Of a DNA stretch of 64,000 bases, positions 56,995 through 64,000 are shown one piece after another. The stretch lies in assembly GCA_041651055.1 (NCBI GenBank), contig JBAZJW010000002.1:26980-90979 (forward strand). Direction: 5' to 3'. The notes under the pieces were generated by a model. That model saw nothing but the letters and a program-made list of their open reading frames with translations, was not told the DNA's origin and did not search any database. The position numbers and the translations under genes were made by a program. Source of the DNA: Minisyncoccota bacterium (GTDB lineage Bacteria > Patescibacteriota > Minisyncoccia > Phycocordibacterales > UBA5272). Numbering within the stretch: position 1 is the stretch's first letter; each line of letters opens with the position of its first letter.

Positions 56995-57690
56995 ATGATC
57001 GACCGCGAAAGAATGAAACAGTACATGCCGTCCCGGGTGTTCTACGATGTAGACCCCAACGCCGAGATCTATGCCGGGATGGTCGCATTCCTGGCTGTGG
57101 ATGGCAATGGTGTAACCGTTGCTACCACTGCGCCGTCAGGTACCCGGCCCATTGGTACCTTCGAAAAGGACCAGGGACTGGCCTATGAGCGTTCATCTGT
57201 AGAGCAGCACACCTTCGATGCCAACAACCAGATCCTTGTCAAGCACCCGTTTGTAACTGCTGGTAAGGCGGAAGGCAAGTTGCAGAGTCTGGCTGGTGTT
57301 GTGTACACCGAGAATGTGGACTACACTGTCAACCTGACAAACGGCGTCATTACCCGTGTGGTTGGTGGTGCCATTGCTGCTGGCGAAACTGTAGACGTGT
57401 GGTATCGGTACACAGTCAAGGCCGGTGACACGATGTGGAATGGCGGAACCAACCTGGACCGCGTTCCGGACGACACTCTTGGCAGTGGTCAGATCACTGT
57501 CATCGAGGATTGGGCTCACATTTGGACCGACCAGTTCGTGGTAACTGATCAGTTCGCCGTTGGTGACGAGCTTCGGCCTGCGGCTGACAGTCGTTGGACC
57601 AATCAGGTAAACGGCCATCCGGTGTGCGGTATGTGCATCCACGTGCCTTCACCCGATAACCCCCTGTTGGGTGTGCGTCAGCAGATCTAA
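56995..57690 (+). CDS. Beta-rich protein, candidate capsid decoration protein
   Basis: ORF with high GC; Gly/Thr/Val-rich. Confidence 0.45.
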   Translation: MIDRERMKQYMPSRVFYDVDPNAEIYAGMVAFLAVDGNGVTVATTAPSGTRPIGTFEKDQGLAYERSSVEQHTFDANNQILVKHPFVTAGKAEGKLQSLAGVVYTENVDYTVNLTNGVITRVVGGAIAAGETVDVWYRYTVKAGDTMWNGGTNLDRVPDDTLGSGQITVIEDWAHIWTDQFVVTDQFAVGDELRPAADSRWTNQVNGHPVCGMCIHVPSPDNPLLGVRQQI

Positions 57691-57730
57691 GGGGTAGGGG
57701 ACTAAGGTAATAGAGAAAGGGAGAGATGTC

Positions 57731-58864
57731 ATGAAATTCAACCCGTACTTGGACAAGATGCAGGGCAAGGTCACCATTGACCGAAAAACTGGTGAACCCT
57801 TCAACCCGCTGAACTTCTCTGCAAAGAAGGATGACAGCGGCAAGCGCAAGGTGTCTGCTAGTGAGCGCCTGTTCAACAAGGACAACGAGCTGAACGCTTC
57901 CAGCAAGAAAGACGCGCTGCAGAAGATCGCTGCCCTGTTCGAGATGGTGCAGGACGGCGAGTTCGAAGTCGCCACTCAGCCTGAGGGCTTCAAGGTTGAT
58001 GCTGCCGAGCAGGATGCCCTGCTCAAGCAGGCTTATGCCGACCCGTCTGGTGAGGGGTTTGCTAAGCTTGGTCAGCAGATGTTGACCGTGGTGCGCGAGG
58101 TCATCGACTACGAAGGCGTAACCCGCAAGCTGTGGATGGATCGGCCGGTGAAGGCTGGCGAGACCATTCGGTACGACAAAGACGTGCATGTGGTGGCCTA
58201 CGTCATCGGTGAAGATGGCGAGACTCCGCAGAGCGTGGTTGGTGGTAAGTACTTCTTCCCGCCCGAGTTCGAAGTGTCCGCTAACGTGTCCATCGAGCTG
58301 AAGGACCAGTACCGGTCGCAGTACAACATCCTTGAGCGTGCACAGGACAAGGCTCGCCAGGCCATTGAGTACCGCGAAGACCTGGCTGGTATTCGCCTGC
58401 TTCGTCGTGCATCCAACGTGGTTAACACCACCGTTGCGTTTGCTTCGATGAACCTGGGCGCGTTCGAGTCCCTGCGCTACCAGATCGAGCAGCACCGCCT
58501 CATGACTGCCGCTTTCCTGATTCACCGTCAGGAAGTGTCCGACATCGTGAACGTGCTGACCGCACAGGTTGACCCAGTGACTCAGCGTGAGATCATCATG
58601 GCTGGGTACATCGGTCACATCCTGAATACCGCAGTCATCACCACTGCTGGTACTAACAACATGTACGAGATCCTGCAGCCTGGTGAAGTGTTTGCAGTGA
58701 CTCTGCCTGAGTACCTGGGCGGCATCTCGCAACGCAGTGATCTCATGAGCGAGCCTTACACCGAGGCAGTGAACGGCAAGCCCCGGCGCGGGTTCTACTG
58801 GTGGGAGATGCTCTGCCTGGCACTGATCAACGCCAAGGGCGTTGCCTACGGTCAGAAGATCTAA
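57731..58864 (+). CDS. Candidate major capsid protein
   Basis: 377 aa, high GC; position after the scaffold; followed by a strong terminator. Confidence 0.5.
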   Translation: MKFNPYLDKMQGKVTIDRKTGEPFNPLNFSAKKDDSGKRKVSASERLFNKDNELNASSKKDALQKIAALFEMVQDGEFEVATQPEGFKVDAAEQDALLKQAYADPSGEGFAKLGQQMLTVVREVIDYEGVTRKLWMDRPVKAGETIRYDKDVHVVAYVIGEDGETPQSVVGGKYFFPPEFEVSANVSIELKDQYRSQYNILERAQDKARQAIEYREDLAGIRLLRRASNVVNTTVAFASMNLGAFESLRYQIEQHRLMTAAFLIHRQEVSDIVNVLTAQVDPVTQREIIMAGYIGHILNTAVITTAGTNNMYEILQPGEVFAVTLPEYLGGISQRSDLMSEPYTEAVNGKPRRGFYWWEMLCLALINAKGVAYGQKI

Positions 58865-58897
58865 CCACGAAACGAAAGGGTTGAAAGGAGAGAAATC

Positions 58898-59356
58898 ATG
58901 AATCTGAAACTAGCACGGCGTTACCTGGATTTTGCCGCCACTGAGATGGATCAGAAGGGTCACAAGGACCTGGCCGATCGCATCGACAAGCACGTCGAGC
59001 GGCTGGCTTCTGCCGATCAGCGGATGGTGGACCTGATCGTGCGCGATCTCAAGAAAATCGCTCGCGAGTCCAATCGGCGTGATCGTGGTGTGGATGAAGA
59101 CGCCAGTGAGCGCACTGATGAGCGGCCTAGCCGACTGTCCGCTCTGCGGCGTCGGCTGGCACTCCGCAAACGTCTAGCTGCTCGTCGTGAGCCGCTGTCT
59201 GAGCGCCGGTTGGCTTCCCTTCGCAGTCGCCGCAAGGCGCGGATGGAAGAGTATGGCGACGACGGCGACGAGGATCGCAGCACCGCGAGTGATCGGCTGC
59301 GCCGGTCACGGTTGGCTCGCCGAATCCGCGCTCGCCGGGAACGTGACCTAGAATAA
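58898..59356 (+). CDS. Arg-rich highly basic protein with acidic patch
   Basis: RBS aaaggagag; RRRLALRKRLAARREP...RRSRLARRIRARRERD. Confidence 0.5.
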   Translation: MNLKLARRYLDFAATEMDQKGHKDLADRIDKHVERLASADQRMVDLIVRDLKKIARESNRRDRGVDEDASERTDERPSRLSALRRRLALRKRLAARREPLSERRLASLRSRRKARMEEYGDDGDEDRSTASDRLRRSRLARRIRARRERDLE

Positions 59357-59376
59357 GCAGGTGTGGGATGGGATTG

Positions 59377-59420
59377 CCCCACGGAGTGACTTCGTGTAAT
59401 AGCACTCCGTGGGGCATTTT
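59377..59420 (+). terminator. Rho-independent terminator
   Basis: 12-bp stem CCCCACGGAGTG/CACTCCGTGGGG followed by CATTTTCAT. Confidence 0.65.
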
Positions 59421-59438
59421 CATAAAAGGTGTTGAAAT

Positions 59439-59675
59439 ATGCACATAACAAGTAGTTCGGCAGAGTTTATGACACTGCTTGAAGATTTAGCACGACAGGT
59501 GAGAGATGCGCTTAGTCAGGCGCGTTTTGCTCAACGAGAAATGGAAGATGACATAATGGCGGCCGAAGACAACGGCGATACTGTAGCAGTAGATGAGTTG
59601 CGATTAGTACACGATGATTTCACTACATTTATTAAAGGTTTGAGGAAAGCAGTAGAAATGTATGACTCCAAGTGA
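59439..59675 (+). CDS. Hypothetical protein
   Basis: RBS aaaggtg. Confidence 0.4.
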   Translation: MHITSSSAEFMTLLEDLARQVRDALSQARFAQREMEDDIMAAEDNGDTVAVDELRLVHDDFTTFIKGLRKAVEMYDSK

Positions 59676-60507
59676 GACAGCCACCAAAGTTAATAAAGTC
59701 ATCCAATTACACAAGGATGACTTCATTTACGAAAAGGTGTATTTTAATCCTATGTTCACTGCTGATTTGTACCGATTGGTACCAGAGTTAGAAGAGGAAG
59801 GCGTGATATCCCGTTTATATGAATCTGAAAATGAAGATGGTGTTACGTATAAAGGTGCCTTGAAGTATGGTACCAGTTTGCTGCATCTGGGTAAGATTAG
59901 GCTGGATGGGGAAGACATCATAGTCGATGAGAAGTTGACTCCTATAAAAGCATTGGTAAAATGGATAGAATCGGTGTTGGAGGAGACTGAGGTAAAAGAT
60001 ATGATAGTAAAAGCGATAAATATTGTGTCTGTTGATAGACAAGAAAAATACTTAGATAGAGCTAAGACAATGATGCAGCAAATGAATGATATCATCAATT
60101 CTGGGAAATTGGGTGTAAAAGAATACGCAAAGCTAGAATCATTGAGTGCTAGGTTGTGGCACTCATTTGAAGACCTAAGACAGAACCTAGAATTGGTGGG
60201 TGGTCAAACAGTAATTCTATCCGTGAAAGTTAAAAGATCTGACTTATACGAAGTGGACGAATATCTTTCCAAAAATTATAGAAAATACCTTGTTTCAGCA
60301 GACACCACCTCAGTAAATCAAACATTTATATTTATGGTACCACACACTGAGGCAGACAAACTCATAGATTCGGGGTACTTTGAAGACATGGTTGAAGAAA
60401 TTTCCGAATTGCATTCTGTAGAAGCTATAGATTATGATTTTACAGATGAACCTAGATCTGAAAAGAACACCTTAAGAACAAACTGGGTAAAGGATTATGA
60501 TATTTAG
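59662..60507 (+). CDS. Hypothetical protein
   Basis: ORF of 281 aa. Confidence 0.5.
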   Translation: MTPSETATKVNKVIQLHKDDFIYEKVYFNPMFTADLYRLVPELEEEGVISRLYESENEDGVTYKGALKYGTSLLHLGKIRLDGEDIIVDEKLTPIKALVKWIESVLEETEVKDMIVKAINIVSVDRQEKYLDRAKTMMQQMNDIINSGKLGVKEYAKLESLSARLWHSFEDLRQNLELVGGQTVILSVKVKRSDLYEVDEYLSKNYRKYLVSADTTSVNQTFIFMVPHTEADKLIDSGYFEDMVEEISELHSVEAIDYDFTDEPRSEKNTLRTNWVKDYDI

Positions 60508-60583
60508 TAATACTTTACAATTGAACGTGACTTTTTAAAAATAGAAAATGATGATGAATTCTAAAACGTGAAAGGTGAAAGCC

Positions 60584-60988
60584 ATGATAGTGAAAGCGAT
60601 AGAAGTACTGAGCATATGTAAAACTGCAAAGAAATTTACAGTTTATGTTTTTCATACTCGTGGTGATATCTATCCAGAACATGAAGAAGAAGTACAAGCC
60701 ACAAATCTTGAAAGTGCATGTAAACAGGTTTCTGATAAATTTGGTTATAAATGGATAGGAAAATCAAAAGGTAATTATGGATTTTTTGCCGTAGATGTTG
60801 ATTATTTCAATGAATGGCACGGTAAATATCACGATACACGCAAAAATAAAAAAGAAGATTTAGAAAAGGAACTAAATGAATCTATAGAAACAATAAAATC
60901 CGGCAGAGACGATGAATTTCGTGGTTTGATGTGTCTTTGTGATGATTACAATGCCTATGGTGCCAATGAAGAAGACGACGATGACTAA
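60584..60988 (+). CDS. Leader-family protein (MIVKAIEVLSIC) with acidic C-terminus
   Basis: RBS aaaggtga; flanked by 15-bp direct repeats. Confidence 0.5.
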   Translation: MIVKAIEVLSICKTAKKFTVYVFHTRGDIYPEHEEEVQATNLESACKQVSDKFGYKWIGKSKGNYGFFAVDVDYFNEWHGKYHDTRKNKKEDLEKELNESIETIKSGRDDEFRGLMCLCDDYNAYGANEEDDDD

Positions 60989-61023
60989 ATAGTTTTTAGT
61001 GATACTTTACAATTGACTCGAAA

Positions 61024-62262
61024 ATGGTAACATTGTTGGCAGTGTTTTTGTCTCATAAAATACGTCTTTATCCAAATGACAAACAGGTGTCTTACCTGAA
61101 ACGTGCTTGTGGTATCAAGCGTTTTGCTTATAATTGGGCGTTAGCTGAGTCTAGAAAACTATATGAGCAAGGCATAAAAACTTCCGGTTACGATCTCAGT
61201 AAACGATTTAACGCAATAAAACGGGAACAGTTTCCTTTCGTACTAGAAGTATCAAAATGGGTGTCTCAAAAAGCCATTTATGATCTTGAAGACGCTTACA
61301 AAAATTGGTGGAGTAAACGTGCGCGTGCCCCCAAATTCAAGAAAAAAGGTAAGTGCAAAGATAGTTTTTATCTGGCCAATGATGCAACAAAAACTGTTGA
61401 GCACAGAATTTATATTTCTAAGTGTGGGTGGGTGCGCATGTCTCAGTCTTTGCGTTTTCCTGGTCACGTGATGTCTGTAGTAATTTCAAGTGAATATGCT
61501 AAGTGGCATGCTTCTATCCAAGTGGAATTGGACGGCACCTGGTCTTGTCCTCATACTTGCAAAACCCAAGCAGTGTGTGGATTGGACATGGGTGTACGTG
61601 ACTTAGTGGTATTAGATGATGGCACTAAGTACTTAGCCCCTAGGAGTCTGCGTAAGTCCGAGAAAAAGTTGAAGAGACTGAATCGTGTAGTCTCAAGGAG
61701 GGTAAAAGGATCAAACCGTAGGAAGAAAGCTGTGCATATACTAAGTAGAGTCCATGAGAAAGTGACTAACATACGCAAGGACTGTATACATAAGATCACT
61801 GCTAAACTAGTAGAAGACTACCGTATCATAGGTATGGAAGATTTGAACGTCAAGGGTATGATCAAAAATCATCACTTGGCCAAGTCTGTGTCTGATGCTG
61901 CGTTTGGTACAGTCAAAAGCCAATTGGAGTACAAGACTGAGCTGTCAGGATCAGTATTAGTCAAAGCAGATCGCTTTTACCCATCGAGTAAGATGTGTTC
62001 AAACTGTGGACATGTCTTAGACACTTTGCCGTTGCGTATACGTGTTTGGACTTGTCCTGGGTGCGGTGCAGTACATGATCGTGATGTCAATGCTGCTAAA
62101 AATTTACTAAATGTCGCCTTAAGGTATAAGGAGACTGTAAACGCTCGTGGAGTAGAAAGCTCTGGTACTGGTGATTTTACTAGTACGAAACTGTCTACTG
62201 TGAAGCGAGTACCCGGCAGCCGCAGACCAACGGTGGTTTCGGTTCAAGTCCGGGGTTCCTAA
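61024..62262 (+). CDS. tnpB: IS200/IS605-family TnpB (OrfB) RNA-guided nuclease
   Basis: RuvC-I GLDMGVRDLVV, RuvC-II IGMEDLNVKGM, zinc finger CSNCGH...CPGCGAVHDRDVNAAKNL; intact. Confidence 0.85.
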   Translation: MVTLLAVFLSHKIRLYPNDKQVSYLKRACGIKRFAYNWALAESRKLYEQGIKTSGYDLSKRFNAIKREQFPFVLEVSKWVSQKAIYDLEDAYKNWWSKRARAPKFKKKGKCKDSFYLANDATKTVEHRIYISKCGWVRMSQSLRFPGHVMSVVISSEYAKWHASIQVELDGTWSCPHTCKTQAVCGLDMGVRDLVVLDDGTKYLAPRSLRKSEKKLKRLNRVVSRRVKGSNRRKKAVHILSRVHEKVTNIRKDCIHKITAKLVEDYRIIGMEDLNVKGMIKNHHLAKSVSDAAFGTVKSQLEYKTELSGSVLVKADRFYPSSKMCSNCGHVLDTLPLRIRVWTCPGCGAVHDRDVNAAKNLLNVALRYKETVNARGVESSGTGDFTSTKLSTVKRVPGSRRPTVVSVQVRGS

Positions 62263-62273
62263 AGGAGAGAAAG

Positions 62274-62897
62274 ATGAAGCAAGTAACCATGCCCAAGCGC
62301 CTAACCCTCAAGTACCTACTCGATAACAAGTTGCCGGTATGGGTACAGAACATGACCGGTCGTGGGTGGATCCCTTCTGGTGGTCGTAAGGCCGTGCCGT
62401 GCCTTATTACCATTCAGATTGGGACTGGTGACACCCGAGACAAGATGTGGATTCCGCCTGGTGCTGATCCTGTGTGCTTGACCGACCAAGCCGACATGGA
62501 CACACTTCGCACCAGCCGCGATCTCTTCAAGGCTATTGACAAGGGTGCGCTGGTGTTGCTGAATCCAGAAGAGGCTGACAAGTACTACGATGAAAATGAC
62601 ACCCGCCGCGAAGCTTTGAACCGCAAGCTGCATGCACTTCAGACCGAGGAAAAGTTGGATGGTGTGGCGGTCAGTGACGTGGGGTCCATCATTGAAGACG
62701 TGTCTATCGATGACTCTTTGTTGAACATGTGCCTGGGTCTGAAGCACGGCACTGTCAAGGAGTCTGATGCCCTTGAAATGGTGATGGAGCGTTCACCTTC
62801 TTACTCTCTGAACGACCTGAATTATTTGTCAGCGAATGGAAAGTTTGATTCGATCAAGAAGGTGGCGCAGCACGAGATAGACAAGCGTGACAAGTAA
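62274..62897 (+). CDS. Hypothetical protein (GC-rich)
   Basis: RBS aaaggagag. Confidence 0.45.
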   Translation: MKQVTMPKRLTLKYLLDNKLPVWVQNMTGRGWIPSGGRKAVPCLITIQIGTGDTRDKMWIPPGADPVCLTDQADMDTLRTSRDLFKAIDKGALVLLNPEEADKYYDENDTRREALNRKLHALQTEEKLDGVAVSDVGSIIEDVSIDDSLLNMCLGLKHGTVKESDALEMVMERSPSYSLNDLNYLSANGKFDSIKKVAQHEIDKRDK

Positions 62898-62899
62898 TA

Positions 62900-63208
62900 C
62901 TACTTTTTGGTGCAGCACCCGTCATCGAAGTAAAACCCGTCATCAGCTAAGAACTTCGCATCCTCTGCCGTATCCAGCAACGTTTCGAGGTATCTGCACA
63001 ACTGCCTAGAAGTTTTTGCTTCTCCCACGTTCTTGGAGGCTAATACCAGCATTTTCGTCAGCTTCTCGACAGTGGACAAGGTTTCTTGCCGGTCTGCGAG
63101 GGCATTGTGAAATACTACCTCAAACTGCTCGGCGGCATTTTTGGCAGCCGATGCTTTGGAGAATTCTACCTGCGCTGTGTGCATCATATCTGACAGTTTC
63201 TTTAGCAT
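62900..63208 (-). CDS. Hypothetical protein
   Basis: Minus-strand ORF in the GC-rich island. Confidence 0.45.
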   Translation of the reverse strand: MLKKLSDMMHTAQVEFSKASAAKNAAEQFEVVFHNALADRQETLSTVEKLTKMLVLASKNVGEAKTSRQLCRYLETLLDTAEDAKFLADDGFYFDDGCCTKK

Positions 63209-63225
63209 AGTGTGTCTCTTTTTGT

Positions 63226-63477
63226 CTAGGCCAAGCCATCTCTGCCGAGCCTGATATCTTCAATCTTCATCAAAGCTTCCAGGTGTGTGTTCAGAGCGCG
63301 CTTGGCGGCTGCTACGGATTCGAACTCACCCAACCAACACCCGTCTGATCCCTGTGCCACACACGGTTCATGTCCTGCTTCGATGGCTGTCTTGTACAGT
63401 ATCAGGATCAGACACTCTTGAAAACTCCCGTGCTTTCCGATCCACCTGCTGCCAAATTTGGTCCACTGATAGCCCAT
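63226..63477 (-). CDS. Hypothetical protein
   Basis: Minus-strand ORF. Confidence 0.45.
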   Translation of the reverse strand: MGYQWTKFGSRWIGKHGSFQECLILILYKTAIEAGHEPCVAQGSDGCWLGEFESVAAAKRALNTHLEALMKIEDIRLGRDGLA

Positions 63478-63501
63478 ACTAATGCTCCTTTGTTAGGACG
63501 T

Positions 63502-63612
63502 TTAGCAGCAGCACCGCACCACAGCAACGGTGATCGCCGCTACGATGATTGCGTCCGCGATCTTGGCCCACCAAGGCATGATGGCCCACGTCATCTTGAT
63601 CCTCTTCCACAT
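63502..63612 (-). CDS. 36-aa hydrophobic peptide (MWKRIKMTWAIMPWWAKIADAIIVAAITVAVVRCCC)
   Basis: GGAGG RBS 5 nt upstream; it is the first gene after the minus-strand promoter. Confidence 0.4.
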   Translation of the reverse strand: MWKRIKMTWAIMPWWAKIADAIIVAAITVAVVRCCC

Positions 63613-63630
63613 TGAACGCCTCCTACGAAT

Positions 63631-63659
63631 ATTATACCACGTTTATTATACTCAGTCAA
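63631..63659 (-). promoter_or_regulatory. Consensus sigma70 promoter on the minus strand (TTGACT-N17-TATAAT)
   Basis: Reverse complement of 63631-63659 reads TTGACTgagtataataaacgtggTATAAT. Confidence 0.6.
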
Positions 63660-63683
63660 TGTACGCGCATGTATGATATGTGA

Positions 63684-63860
63684 CTACCAGTAGTCTGCCA
63701 GGTTACTCCAAGAAACGCGCACAGTGTCTTGCTCATAAGCACCGTTCACTAGTTTGCGCAGGAACTTGAGGAACACCTCTTCCGTGGGGGCGGTGAGTAC
63801 CACCACTTCATTGACCTTGCCGTCCCTGTCCAGTACCATAATCGTGCACGTGGTCTTCAT
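63684..63860 (-). CDS. 58-aa hypothetical protein
   Basis: Minus-strand ORF with GGAG RBS. Confidence 0.4.
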   Translation of the reverse strand: MKTTCTIMVLDRDGKVNEVVVLTAPTEEVFLKFLRKLVNGAYEQDTVRVSWSNLADYW

Positions 63861-64000
63861 TTGGAGATCTCCTTTTCGTTATCCATCAAAAATAAAGACG
63901 CATGAGAGGTGTTGTTCCTGACATCTAAATTTATGCTTATTTGTGTCTGATGAATTTTAATTGAACGTGTGTGTTGTATAGTATCATAATCGCAGGATCA

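Noticed and set aside
57500-58732. 410-aa minus-strand ORF, plus other long antisense ORFs at 56045-56773 and 56488-56919
   Set aside because: They lie antisense to the GC-rich capsid and scaffold genes. High GC suppresses stop codons; there is no RBS and the composition is skewed. These are artefacts.

Overview
Close to all of this window codes on the + strand, and the gene content points to a large virulent tailed dsDNA phage of a low-GC, Shine-Dalgarno-using host. The typical backbone is about 40% GC. A minus-strand GC-rich block begins at 62.9 kb. T4-like hallmarks are a 5'-truncated endonuclease VII at the left edge, two tRNAs (Arg-UCU, Asn-GUU), a large terminase (18.8-20.7 kb) and a candidate prohead protease / acidic scaffold / decoration protein / major capsid block (54.6-58.9 kb) that ends in a strong terminator.

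Recognisable enzymes are RmlC and RmlD (dTDP-rhamnose pathway, 44 kb apart), a SpoT-type HD alarmone hydrolase, a NADAR (YbiA-like) hydrolase fused to a zinc ribbon, a stand-alone CheY-like receiver domain and a WYL-domain protein. Further ones are a minimal nucleotidyltransferase, a Cas4/RecB-like Fe-S nuclease, an AAA+ ATPase, a HAD phosphatase, two HExxH proteins and an intact IS605-family TnpB with RuvC and zinc-finger motifs.

Three things stand out. About 15 otherwise unrelated genes between terminase and capsid begin with the same ~12-residue N-terminal peptide (consensus x-K/R-A-I/V-x-V-L-S/A-G); this looks like a modular capsid or virion targeting leader, and gene cassettes carrying it have been duplicated or swapped via short junction repeats. 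A promoter-driven, GC-rich, ORF-free 1.4 kb interval (16.5-17.95 kb) with periodic 13-18 nt repeats and dense hairpins is a candidate large structured ncRNA. The genome is a mosaic of ~40% and ~55-60% GC segments, and the capsid genes themselves sit in a high-GC block.

Many small Cys-rich or zinc-ribbon ORFs and several paralog pairs are also present.
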